Below are positions 26,247 to 35,207 of a stretch of 64,000 nt of DNA, one piece after another. The position numbers were made by a program, and so were the translations under genes. Numbering within the stretch: the first letter of the stretch is position 1; every line of letters starts with the position of its first letter. This stretch comes from Actinomycetota bacterium (GTDB taxonomy: Bacteria > Actinomycetota > Actinomycetes > Actinomycetales > Microbacteriaceae), in NCBI GenBank assembly GCA_041181225.1, contig JBEGPW010000089.1, positions 15,162 through 79,161 of the forward strand, read 5' to 3'. Under the pieces are notes generated by a model that saw nothing but the letters and a program-made list of their open reading frames with translations, was not told where the DNA came from and ran no database searches.

Positions 26247-26606
26247 TTGAAACTACTGAACCTAATATTAGACATTCGAACGAAAACTAAGAATCGAGCC
26301 GTGTTGGCAAAAACCGCCCAAAGCGTCACCTCACTTGGCGAATCGCCTGATGCCGAGCGTCGAAATCGAATGATCAAATACACAGTGGCGATGGTGATTC
26401 GCACAATCTGCATCATTCTGGGCGTTGTGGTTCAAGGTTGGTTGATGTGGATCTGTTTTGCTGGAGCGATTTTTCTTCCGTATTTCGCAGTCGTAATTGC
26501 CAACTCGAAAACCTCGGGCAAGCCCTCACAAACTCTCACAAAAGCTGTCGCGCCCACCTTGATGATTAGCGCAGACGATTTTAAGAATGCTGAACCTAAA
26601 CTCTGA
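26247..26606 (+). CDS. DUF3099-like small membrane protein
   Basis: Two TM helices preceded by SVTSL...ERRNRMIKY, matching the DUF3099 pattern as I recall it. The true start may be the in-frame GTG at 26301. Confidence 0.7.
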   Translation: MKLLNLILDIRTKTKNRAVLAKTAQSVTSLGESPDAERRNRMIKYTVAMVIRTICIILGVVVQGWLMWICFAGAIFLPYFAVVIANSKTSGKPSQTLTKAVAPTLMISADDFKNAEPKL

Positions 26607-26808
26607 AATTGAAGTTAAGTGCTCGCGCGCCGGTTGTCAAAACTCCGCAGCGTTTGAAGTAGTTTGGCGGAACCCAAAAATTCACGACTCAAGCCGGCGC
26701 AAAATCTGGTTGGCTTGTGGCGAGCATCAACAATATTTGATTGACTATTTGGCAGTTCGAAGTTTTTTTATCGAATCTTTGGCAATCTCTCAAGAACCTG
26801 GTCGATGA
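26587..26808 (+). CDS. small Cys/His-containing hypothetical protein
   Basis: 73-aa ORF overlapping the upstream gene by 20 nt and the SURF1 start by ATGA. Has C-x4-C ... C-x2-H (CSRAGC ... CGEH). No family recognised. Confidence 0.5.
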   Translation: MLNLNSEIEVKCSRAGCQNSAAFEVVWRNPKIHDSSRRKIWLACGEHQQYLIDYLAVRSFFIESLAISQEPGR

Positions 26809-27635
26809 ACTTTCTAAGAGCTTCGTGGCGTCGATATGTCGCATGGCTGGTTTTGGTTTGCTTGTTTTCAGCCGGCTGTGTGTTGTTGTCGCGCTGGCAG
26901 CTTGATCGCCGAACCGAAGTGGTCTCGGTGATTGACACCATTTCAAACAACTACAACCAAGAGCCAAAGCCGTTGCGCGAACTATTGCCGAGCCTGCTCA
27001 AGCCGCTCCCGGCAAACAAAAAGTGGCTGCCGGTTTCAGTTACCGGGCACTACCTGCCTGAAATGACGACTTTGGTGCGCAATCGTTCGCTAGGAGGCAA
27101 CCCCGGTTTTGAGGTTCTCGTGCCCTTCTTGAGCGAAGACAATCAGGTGGTAATTATTAATCGCGGATGGGTTGCGACCGGTAGCGTCGAGGACTCCCCC
27201 GATTTCGTTCCAACCCCAAACCAAGCGCGACTCACTTTGGTCGGGCGTTTGATGCCAACCGAACCGGCCTTGAACCGCAGCGCGCCTGTGGGACAAATTC
27301 CCTCAATTGACTTGCCAGCTTTGGCCACAATGAACTCGGCGCGCACCTTCATAAACGCTTATCTGCTGCTTGATAGCGAATCAACAAAACAGCCTCAGGT
27401 GAAGCACCTGCCCGAGCCAAAATTTGGCGAGGGCAACCATCTGAGCTACGCCATCCAATGGATTATTTTTGGGGTTTTAGCATTTCTGACGCTGATTTGG
27501 GCGGTGCGCAAAGAAAAGCACTTTTATCGGTTGGCTAACGACCCAAACTATGTTGTGAAACCCAAACGCAAGTCTGAAACCGACAAAGACGCTGATGCCG
27601 AAGACGCGTTGATTAGTGGACCAGAGCTGAGCTGA
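26805..27635 (+). CDS. SURF1-family cytochrome oxidase assembly protein
   Basis: N- and C-terminal TM helices flank a periplasmic domain. Motifs SRWQLDRR, (I)NRGWV, HLSYAIQW. Confidence 0.8.
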   Translation: MNFLRASWRRYVAWLVLVCLFSAGCVLLSRWQLDRRTEVVSVIDTISNNYNQEPKPLRELLPSLLKPLPANKKWLPVSVTGHYLPEMTTLVRNRSLGGNPGFEVLVPFLSEDNQVVIINRGWVATGSVEDSPDFVPTPNQARLTLVGRLMPTEPALNRSAPVGQIPSIDLPALATMNSARTFINAYLLLDSESTKQPQVKHLPEPKFGEGNHLSYAIQWIIFGVLAFLTLIWAVRKEKHFYRLANDPNYVVKPKRKSETDKDADAEDALISGPELS

Positions 27636-27648
27636 GGTCGGTTTGGGG

Positions 27649-29262
27649 CTAGCTGAGCGAGATTAGCTCGGCATAACCTTCGTTCCAGTGATCTTCGGCG
27701 CCGTCAGGCATAATCAAAACTCGCTCTGGGTTGAGGGCTCTTACTGCGCCAACGTCGTGAGAGACCAAAACCACAGCACCGGTGAAAGTCGCAAGGGCGC
27801 CGAGGATTTCTTCGCGGCTAGCAGGGTCGAGGTTGTTAGTCGGTTCGTCGAGCAAAAGCACGTTCGCTGAAGAAACCACAAGCGAGGCCAACGCCAAACG
27901 GGTTTTTTCGCCACCCGAGAGAACACCGGCGAGCTTGTTGACATCGTCTCCGCTAAACAAGAACGAGCCGAGCACCTTGCGAGCGTCGGTGTCACCAAGT
28001 TGAGGGGCCGCTCGCTGCATGTTTTCGAGCACCGTCTTGCTCACGTCAAGAGTTTCGTGCTCCTGCGCAAAATAGCCAACCTTGAGGCCGTGACCGGGTT
28101 CAATCTGACCGGTGTCGGGCTTGTCGATTCCCGCAAGCATGCGAAGCAGAGTGGTTTTACCCGCGCCGTTGAGTCCGATGATGACCACCTTCGAACCCTT
28201 GTCAATCGCCAAATCAACCGCCGTGAAAATCTCAAGCGACCCGTAGCTCTTTGACAAGTTGCTCGCCATGAGCGGAGTGCGGCCGCAGGGCGCTGGGTCA
28301 GGAAACTTGATTTTTGCGACGCGGTCAACTTCGCGAACGTCATCCAAGTTGTTCAAAAGCGCTTCAGCTCGACGCACCATTTGCTTAGCAGCGACAGCTT
28401 TTGATGCCTTAGCGCCAAATTTAGCCGCCTGAGTCGTCAAAACCGAAGCTTTCTTCTCAGCTATCGACCGGTCGCGCTTGCGGCGCTCTTCGTCAACCTC
28501 GCGCTGTTTTAGGTATTGCTTCCAGCCCATGTTGTATACATCGATGAGCGAACGCATCGCGTCTAAATAAAACACCCGGTTCACGGTTTCTTCGACCAAA
28601 TCAACATCGTGGCTAATCACAATCAATCCGCCCTGGTAACCCTTCAAGAATTCGCGCAACCAAATCACCGAATCAGCGTCAAGGTGGTTGGTGGGTTCGT
28701 CGAGAATCATCGTCTCGGCATTTGAAAAGAGGATGCGCGCCAGTTCGATGCGACGACGCTGACCACCCGAAAGAGTTTTTAGCGGTTGGTTCAAAATGTT
28801 TTCTTTTAGCCCAAGGTTGCTCGCGATTGCTGCGGCTTGGGCTTCAGCAGAGTAGCCACCAGCCGTTTGAAAGTTTTCTTCGGCGGTCGAATAGTTGGCC
28901 ATGCCGCGCTCATAAACGGCCTCGTCGACGCTGCCCATGTCGGCAGTTGCCTGCTCCATCTTGAGAAGCAAGTCTCCGAGCCCTCGGGCGTTCAAGATTC
29001 GCGTGCGGGCAAGCTCCTCTGGGTCTCCCGAGCGCGGGTCTTGGGGTAGGTAGCCAATCTCGCCGCCAGTTTCGACCGTGCCCGCAGAAGGGGCGCCATC
29101 CCCTGCCAAAATTTTGGTCAAAGTGGTTTTGCCGGCACCGTTTCGGCCAACCAAACCAACTTTGTCGCCTTTGTCTACGCGAAAGTTCACGCCCTGCATT
29201 AAGACGCGAGCGCCAATGCGAATTTCTAGGTCTTTCACGTTGATCAAAAAGAGGCTCCGCAA
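27649..29262 (-). CDS. ABC-F family ATPase (two fused ABC domains, no TM domain)
   Basis: Two Walker A sites (GRNGAGKTT, GLNGAGKTT) and two signatures (LSGGQRRR, LSGGEKTR) with a charged linker. An alternative TTG start at 29247 is possible. Confidence 0.9.
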   Translation of the reverse strand: MRSLFLINVKDLEIRIGARVLMQGVNFRVDKGDKVGLVGRNGAGKTTLTKILAGDGAPSAGTVETGGEIGYLPQDPRSGDPEELARTRILNARGLGDLLLKMEQATADMGSVDEAVYERGMANYSTAEENFQTAGGYSAEAQAAAIASNLGLKENILNQPLKTLSGGQRRRIELARILFSNAETMILDEPTNHLDADSVIWLREFLKGYQGGLIVISHDVDLVEETVNRVFYLDAMRSLIDVYNMGWKQYLKQREVDEERRKRDRSIAEKKASVLTTQAAKFGAKASKAVAAKQMVRRAEALLNNLDDVREVDRVAKIKFPDPAPCGRTPLMASNLSKSYGSLEIFTAVDLAIDKGSKVVIIGLNGAGKTTLLRMLAGIDKPDTGQIEPGHGLKVGYFAQEHETLDVSKTVLENMQRAAPQLGDTDARKVLGSFLFSGDDVNKLAGVLSGGEKTRLALASLVVSSANVLLLDEPTNNLDPASREEILGALATFTGAVVLVSHDVGAVRALNPERVLIMPDGAEDHWNEGYAELISLS

Positions 29263-29277
29263 TACTGAGTAAAAATC

Positions 29278-29316
29278 TTGTAAACCAAGACGGCCTGCAA
29301 AGTGCCTAGTCTACAA
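29278..29316. promoter_or_regulatory. imperfect inverted repeat TTGTAAAC-N23-GTCTACAA in the ABC-F/bioY divergent spacer
   Basis: Seen directly: 7 of 8 positions are complementary. The right arm overlaps a -10-like TACAAT (29312..29317), about 40 nt upstream of the bioY GTG. Confidence 0.35.
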
Positions 29317-29357
29317 TCGAGTTATTAACTTATTCCCCCATCAGAAAGTGAGCGAAC

Positions 29358-29951
29358 GTGTCGTTGACCCTAACCACTCGCCCAACCATCGTCGATAGCT
29401 TTATTCCGCGAAGCCTAGTGGCCGACATTGCGCTAGTTATTGGTGGCACCGCTTTGACCGCCGCCGCAGCACAGCTTGTGATTCCAACCAGCCCTGTGCC
29501 TTTCACCGGTCAGACTTTTGCCGTCTTGTTGGTTGGCGCAGCTTTGGGCGCAAACCGCGCCGCAGCTTCGATGTTCCTTTACCTTTTGGTTGGCGCTGCT
29601 GGCCTGCCGGTTTTCACCGAAGGCAAGTCTGGCCTTTTCGATGACGCCGGCAAACTAACCGGCACGCTCGGCTACATCGTCGGTTTCGTTTTGGCTTCGG
29701 CACTCGTCGGGTTCTTAGCAGAGCGCGGTTGGGCAAAGAGCTCATTGGGTGTCATTAGTGCGTTTTTAATTGGCAACGCGGTCATCTATGCACTTGGCCT
29801 GCCGTGGTTGCAATACTCGTATGGCGTTAGCTGGGACCAAACCATCGCGTGGGGCTTCACCCCATTCGTGGTTGGCGACCTGTTGAAACTGATTGCAGCC
29901 GCCTTCGTCTTGCCTGGCTCTTGGCTTCTAGTCAAAAAAGTCAAAGGCTAA
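29358..29951 (+). CDS. bioY: biotin transporter BioY (ECF S-component-like)
   Basis: 197-aa polytopic membrane protein. Segments PVPFTGQTFAVLL and GTLGYIVGF are typical of BioY. Confidence 0.85.
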   Translation: MSLTLTTRPTIVDSFIPRSLVADIALVIGGTALTAAAAQLVIPTSPVPFTGQTFAVLLVGAALGANRAAASMFLYLLVGAAGLPVFTEGKSGLFDDAGKLTGTLGYIVGFVLASALVGFLAERGWAKSSLGVISAFLIGNAVIYALGLPWLQYSYGVSWDQTIAWGFTPFVVGDLLKLIAAAFVLPGSWLLVKKVKG

Positions 29952-29965
29952 TAGCTCAAAAACTT

Positions 29966-30009
29966 AATCAAAAAGGACCCCATCCATTCGGATGGGGTCC
30001 TTTTTGATT
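29966..30009. terminator. bidirectional intrinsic terminator (bioY / sufT)
   Basis: Perfect 20-nt arms, AATCAAAAAGGACCCCATCC-attc-GGATGGGGTCCTTTTTGATT, between convergent genes. Confidence 0.85.
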
Positions 30010-30027
30010 TGAGACTTAGTTTGAAAC

Positions 30028-30360
30028 CTAAATCGAGAAACCGATGGCGCGCATCTGCTCTTTGCCGTCTTCGGTGATCTTCTCAGGACCCCAGGGTGGC
30101 ATCCATACCCAGTTGATTCTGAAGGCTTCGACGACGCCGTCAAGAGCTTCGGCGGTTTGCTCTTCGAGCACGTCGGTGAGCGGGCAGCCAGCGCTGGTTA
30201 GCGTCATATTGATCAGCAGGCTGCCGTCATCGCCTGATTTTTGCAACCCATAGATGAGCCCCAAATCGACAATATTGACGCCGATTTCGGGGTCAATGAC
30301 GTCTTTTAGAGCTTCTTCGACCCTGTCGTATTCGGCAGGTTCTAGTTCGACGATGTTCAA
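30028..30360 (-). CDS. sufT: Fe-S cluster assembly factor SufT (DUF59)
   Basis: 110 aa with the DVIDPEIGVNIVDLGLIY and TSAGCP motifs. Last gene of the suf cluster. Confidence 0.8.
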   Translation of the reverse strand: MNIVELEPAEYDRVEEALKDVIDPEIGVNIVDLGLIYGLQKSGDDGSLLINMTLTSAGCPLTDVLEEQTAEALDGVVEAFRINWVWMPPWGPEKITEDGKEQMRAIGFSI

Positions 30361-30361
30361 A

Positions 30362-31114
30362 TTAGGCCTTTAGGTAACGGTCGTAGCCCTCGGCTTCGAG
30401 GCGCTCAGCAAGCTCAGGGCCGCCTTGCTCGGCAACCTTGCCGGCTACGAAAACGTGAACGAAGTCAGGCTTGATGTATTTCAAAATGCGGGTGTAGTGA
30501 GTGATTAGCAACACACCTAGGTCGGTATTGCCCTTGGCGCGGTTAACGCCCTCAGAGACAACTTTTAGGGCGTCAACGTCAAGGCCAGAGTCGGTCTCGT
30601 CGAGAATCGCAATCTTTGGCTTGAGAAGCTCGAGCTGCAGGATCTCGTGACGCTTCTTTTCGCCACCCGAGAAACCCTCGTTGACGTTGCGCTCGGTAAA
30701 GCCCGAGTCCATCTTCAAATCGTCCATTGCGCTGCGCAGGTCTTTGATCCAGGTGCGAAGTGCTGGGGCCTCGCCAGAAAGCGCTGTTTTTGCAGTGCGC
30801 AAGAAGTTAGACACTGAAACGCCAGGAATCTCAACCGGGTATTGCATGGCCAAAAAGAGGCCAGCGCGCGCGCGCTCATCAACGCTCATTTCAAGAACGT
30901 CTTCGCCATCCAAGAGAATTTCGCCTTCGGTGACGTTGTATTTCGGGTGGCCAGCGATTGTATAAGCCAACGTAGATTTGCCCGAACCGTTCGGGCCCAT
31001 GATTGCGTGGGTTTCGCCACTGCGAATCGTTAGGTCGACGCCGCGAAGAATCTCTTTTACGCCTTGGTCGGTGTCAACCGTGACGTGTAGGTTTTTGATT
31101 TGCAGAATAGTCAT
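30362..31114 (-). CDS. sufC: Fe-S cluster assembly ATPase SufC
   Basis: Walker A GPNGSGKST, signature FSGGEKKR, Walker B ILDETDSGLD. Confidence 0.95.
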   Translation of the reverse strand: MTILQIKNLHVTVDTDQGVKEILRGVDLTIRSGETHAIMGPNGSGKSTLAYTIAGHPKYNVTEGEILLDGEDVLEMSVDERARAGLFLAMQYPVEIPGVSVSNFLRTAKTALSGEAPALRTWIKDLRSAMDDLKMDSGFTERNVNEGFSGGEKKRHEILQLELLKPKIAILDETDSGLDVDALKVVSEGVNRAKGNTDLGVLLITHYTRILKYIKPDFVHVFVAGKVAEQGGPELAERLEAEGYDRYLKA

Positions 31115-31132
31115 TTTGAAAAGTCTTTCGTT

Positions 31133-31450
31133 TTAGGCTTCGTCAATTTCAAGAAAAATGTCACCGTTGTCGATGATTACTTCGTAGCGGGCAACCGGCT
31201 CGAAGGCTGGCAATGTCAACGCTTCGCCGGTCTCGAGCGAGAACTTAGCGCCGTGAGCCCAGCATTCGATGGTGTTGTCTTTGCCAACAAAACCTTCGCT
31301 AAGCGAAATCTCACCGTGCGAGCACTTGTCGTCGAGCGCAAAAACTTGACCCTCTTTGTTGCGAATAACCGCGACGGTGTGGTCACCAGCTTTTACTCGG
31401 ATGGCTTTGCCGATGCGAATGTCTTCGACGGCGCAGATTCTTAGAGCCAT
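31133..31450 (-). CDS. Rieske [2Fe-2S] ferredoxin-like protein embedded in the suf cluster
   Basis: 105 aa with CSHGE ... CWAHG (CxH...CxxH). Confidence 0.85.
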   Translation of the reverse strand: MALRICAVEDIRIGKAIRVKAGDHTVAVIRNKEGQVFALDDKCSHGEISLSEGFVGKDNTIECWAHGAKFSLETGEALTLPAFEPVARYEVIIDNGDIFLEIDEA

Positions 31451-32640
31451 TATGAGGCGCTCCTTGCTAGTTCGTTTTCAATTGCTTCGTTGAGTCGGTC
31501 TTCGATTTCTGGAATGCCGATTTTTTGAATTACTTCGTTCAAGAAGCCGCGAACCACTAGGCGACGGGCTTCGTTTTCGGTGATGCCGCGAGTCTGCAGA
31601 TAAAAAAGCTGTTCGTCGTCAAAACGACCGCTCGCGCTCGCGTGACCGGCGCCTTGAATCTGGCCGGTTTCGATTTCTAGGTTGGGCACTGAGTCGGCGC
31701 GGCAACCTTCGGTTAGCAAGAGGTTGCGGTTTAGCTCATAGGTGTCGGTGCCTTCAGCAGCCGCCCGAATCAAAACGTCGCCGACCCACACTGTGTGAGC
31801 GCCATCGCCCTGCAACGCACCTTTGTAGGTCACGCGTGATTTGCAGTTTGGTTTGCTGTGGTCAACAAAAAGGCGGTTTTCAAGGTGCTGGTCGCTGTCG
31901 GCAAAATAGACTCCGAGAAGTTCAACATCGCCACCCGGGGCGGCAAAGTTAGCTGATGGGCTAACCCGAACAACGTCGCCTCCCAAGCTGATGCTGATGT
32001 GCTTTAGCTTTGCGTTTCGGCCAAGTTTTGCGAACTGTGCCGAGGTGTGAACCGAGCCGGCGTTCCAGTCTTGAATCGAAACCACGGTTAGCTTGGCTTC
32101 GTCGCCCACGATAATTTCGACGTTTTCGGCAAGAGTGGCATCGCCCTTGTGGTCAATAATCACTATTGCCTGCGAGTGTGCTTTGGCTTCAATAATGATG
32201 TGCGATGCGCTTGGAGTGAGATCGTGCGAATCAAAAGTTAGGCGAACCTCGGTGTCGGGTTCAGAGTCACTCGGAATCGTCACGAGGTAGGCTGCGGCGG
32301 CCGAACCCCAGGCGGCAGCGCTGGTGCGGTCCTCGGGTGTTCCGGCGGCGCCAAACATTGGGTGCTCAGCTCCCACCCACGAGGTTGAAACGTTCTCTGG
32401 GTGCTTGGCCGTGATGTCGGCGGCGAATTCATCCAAGGTGTCAGCGTCTAGGCCGTTTAGCTTGGATGCGCTCAAATAGCGCCACTGCTCTTCGCGCGCG
32501 CTGATGGGTGCAAAGTCGGCGACGTTAGTTGAGCGAATGCGCTCGGAACGGGTTTGTAGCGGAACCTCGGCCGCACTGGCATAACCGCCGTGGCTGTGAG
32601 CCTTGTTTCCGTGTTGGGCGGTTTGTGTCGCTTCGGCCAC
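31450..32640 (-). CDS. sufD: Fe-S cluster assembly protein SufD
   Basis: 396 aa with the SufBD beta-helix C-terminal region (FYLQTRGI...). 1-nt overlaps with both flanking suf genes. Confidence 0.9.
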   Translation of the reverse strand: MAEATQTAQHGNKAHSHGGYASAAEVPLQTRSERIRSTNVADFAPISAREEQWRYLSASKLNGLDADTLDEFAADITAKHPENVSTSWVGAEHPMFGAAGTPEDRTSAAAWGSAAAAYLVTIPSDSEPDTEVRLTFDSHDLTPSASHIIIEAKAHSQAIVIIDHKGDATLAENVEIIVGDEAKLTVVSIQDWNAGSVHTSAQFAKLGRNAKLKHISISLGGDVVRVSPSANFAAPGGDVELLGVYFADSDQHLENRLFVDHSKPNCKSRVTYKGALQGDGAHTVWVGDVLIRAAAEGTDTYELNRNLLLTEGCRADSVPNLEIETGQIQGAGHASASGRFDDEQLFYLQTRGITENEARRLVVRGFLNEVIQKIGIPEIEDRLNEAIENELARSAS

Positions 32641-34058
32641 TAGCCAACCGCTCCTTCCATTTGCATTTCGATAAGTTTGTTGAGCTCGAGGGCATATTCC
32701 ATCGGTAGCTCTTTGGCTATTGGCTCGATGAATCCGCGCACAATCATTGCCATGGCTTCGTCTTCGGGCATGCCGCGCGACTGCAGATAAAACAGCTGTT
32801 CGTCGCTGACGCGCGAAACTGTTGCTTCGTGTCCCAGGGTCACGTCGTCTTCGCGAACGTCAACCGACGGGTAGGTGTCGCTGCGTGAAATGGTGTCTAC
32901 CAATAGCGCGTCACAGCGAACGGTGTTTGCTGAGTGGTGAGCGCCCGGTGCCACACGAATCTCGCCGCGATATGAGGTGCGACCACCACCACGGGCAATC
33001 GACTTCGAAATAATTGACGAAGAGGTGTATGGCGCGAGGTGAATCATCTTGGCGCCTGCGTCTTGGTGCTGACCTTCGCCGGCAAACGCCACCGAAAGAG
33101 TTTCGCCACGAGCGTGCTCGCCGGCCAAAATAACCGCAGGGTACTTCATGGTGACTTTCGAACCGATGTTTCCGTCAATCCACTCCATGGTTGCGCCCTC
33201 ATATGCGATTGCGCGCTTAGTAACAAGGTTGTAGACGTTGTTTGACCAGTTTTGAATGGTCGTGTAGCGCACTCGGGCGCCCTTCTTGACGATAATCTCA
33301 ACCACCGCAGAGTGCAGCGAGTCTGAGTCATAAATCGGAGCGGTGCAACCCTCGATGTAGTGCACGTAGCTGTCTTCGTCGGCAATGATCAGCGTGCGTT
33401 CAAACTGGCCCATGTTTTCGGTGTTGATTCGAAAGTATGCCTGCAGTGGAATCTCAACGTGAACACCCTTTGGAACATAGACAAACGAACCGCCCGACCA
33501 GACGGCCGTGTTTAGGGCTGCAAACTTGTTGTCGCCAGCCGGAATTACGCTGCCGAAGTACTCTTTGAAGATTTCAGGATGCTCTTTTAGCGCCGTGTCG
33601 GTGTCGAGAAAGATTACGCCCTGTTGTTCAAGGTCTTCGCGAATCTGGTGGTAAACCACTTCTGACTCGTACTGCGCCGCAACGCCCGAAACCAAACGTG
33701 AGCGTTCAGCCTCTGGAATGCCCAGGCGCTCGTAAGTGTTTTTGATGTCGTCAGGCAGTTCTTCCCAAGACTTTGCCTGGCGCTCAGTTGAACGAACAAA
33801 GTATTTGATGTTGTCGAAGTCGATGCCGCTTAGGTCAGAACCCCAGCTGGGCATCGGCTTGCGCAAAAAGTATTCATAACCTTTGAGGCGGTTTTCTAGC
33901 ATCCAGTCTGATTCAGATTTTTTGCCTGAGATGTCGCGAACCACGTCTTCGTTGATGCCACGAACAGCATCGCGACCTGCTTTGTCTGAGTCGGACCAAC
34001 CGAACTCATAGACGCCGAGGCTGTCTAGTTCGGGGCGTTCGATGATGTTCTCAGACAT
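32640..34058 (-). CDS. sufB: Fe-S cluster assembly protein SufB
   Basis: 472 aa, highly conserved SufB sequence ([23 protein letters not shown]). Confidence 0.95.
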   Translation of the reverse strand: MSENIIERPELDSLGVYEFGWSDSDKAGRDAVRGINEDVVRDISGKKSESDWMLENRLKGYEYFLRKPMPSWGSDLSGIDFDNIKYFVRSTERQAKSWEELPDDIKNTYERLGIPEAERSRLVSGVAAQYESEVVYHQIREDLEQQGVIFLDTDTALKEHPEIFKEYFGSVIPAGDNKFAALNTAVWSGGSFVYVPKGVHVEIPLQAYFRINTENMGQFERTLIIADEDSYVHYIEGCTAPIYDSDSLHSAVVEIIVKKGARVRYTTIQNWSNNVYNLVTKRAIAYEGATMEWIDGNIGSKVTMKYPAVILAGEHARGETLSVAFAGEGQHQDAGAKMIHLAPYTSSSIISKSIARGGGRTSYRGEIRVAPGAHHSANTVRCDALLVDTISRSDTYPSVDVREDDVTLGHEATVSRVSDEQLFYLQSRGMPEDEAMAMIVRGFIEPIAKELPMEYALELNKLIEMQMEGAVG

Positions 34059-34208
34059 GCTGAACCTTCCGTAATTTTTATTTGTTAGCTATGTGCAACA
34101 ACCTAAGCCGAAGCAAAAAGTATTCCAGCGAAACCGTGCAAGACTTTAATCAAATGCTTCTTTGAGGCGCGAATTCCGCTTGCTGGACTAAACCTCAAGT
34201 TTAGCCGA

Positions 34209-35204
34209 GTGACGGTTTTGGCGAAACCCCAAACACGTTGTCTTTTTTATTTTCGAGCCATCGGAGGCCAAGTGAACCAAATTCTTAGCGTTGCTAATCG
34301 GCTAGGTGCTGGCTTGGCAAAGCAGGCCAAGTTCTGGGCCATAGCCTCGCTGGCTAGCGAGATTTTGATTGTCGTTACCGGCGGGGTCGTTCGCCTCACC
34401 GGTTCAGGCTTGGGCTGCACCGACTGGCCAGAGTGCACCGCGGGCAATTTCACTAGCACTCCAGCCGATGGCATCCACGGAATTATTGAATTTGGAAACC
34501 GTGCCCTCACCGGAGTCTTGGTAATCATCGCCATCGTGACTTTCATAGCGGTGCGCGCGGCGGGCCTGCGCTCAGCCAGTCGAATGGCCTTAGTACTGAT
34601 AGCCGGCATTGCAGTTCAAGCTGTGGTGGGCGGTGTGACGGTGTGGATCAAGTTGATTCCCTGGCTGGTCGGAGTGCACTTCATTTTGAGTGCGGTCATG
34701 ATTATTTTGTCGAGTTTATTGGTTTGGCGGGTGTATCAGCCGCAACACCGCACCATGCCTCAGGTCGCCTACCGAGTCGCTACTCCCCTTGCGTTCGTTG
34801 GTGGGTTGGTGGTTTTTATCGGTGTTCTCACAACTGGTTCGGGTCCACACGCCGGAGACAGTGAATCGGTGCGAAACGGGCTTTCATTTGAACTTTTGGC
34901 AAAGTTCCACAGCGTGCCCGCTTATGTTTTGCTAGCTCTAGAAGTTGTGGTGTTCGTTGCCCTGCAGCGGCACGACCTGCGTCGCAAACCACGTGAAAAG
35001 CGCCTTGCAACAACGGCCTTCGGCGTTCTTCTGCTGGTGACGCTCATGCAAGCCAGTTTGGGTGTGACCCAAACCTACTTGGTTGAACCGGCGGTGCCAG
35101 CCGTCTTGGTCGGGTTCCACATGTTTGGCGCGGCGTCAATGGTTGCGCTGCTTACCTTTGCGTGGCTCACGGTGCACGGCAAGACCAAAGATTTAGCGAG
35201 GTAA
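34209..35204 (+). CDS. ctaA: heme A synthase (COX15/CtaA family)
   Basis: Polytopic membrane protein with VRLTGSGLGCTDWPEC and conserved His-containing helices. The true start may be the in-frame GTG at 34272. Confidence 0.8.
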   Translation: MTVLAKPQTRCLFYFRAIGGQVNQILSVANRLGAGLAKQAKFWAIASLASEILIVVTGGVVRLTGSGLGCTDWPECTAGNFTSTPADGIHGIIEFGNRALTGVLVIIAIVTFIAVRAAGLRSASRMALVLIAGIAVQAVVGGVTVWIKLIPWLVGVHFILSAVMIILSSLLVWRVYQPQHRTMPQVAYRVATPLAFVGGLVVFIGVLTTGSGPHAGDSESVRNGLSFELLAKFHSVPAYVLLALEVVVFVALQRHDLRRKPREKRLATTAFGVLLLVTLMQASLGVTQTYLVEPAVPAVLVGFHMFGAASMVALLTFAWLTVHGKTKDLAR

Positions 35205-35207
35205 CCC

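Noticed and set aside
27649-29262. ABC-F protein as an antibiotic-resistance (ARE) determinant
   Set aside because: Sequence reading alone cannot separate ARE ABC-F proteins from housekeeping translation factors (EttA/Uup-like). The core-genome context gives no support for a resistance role.
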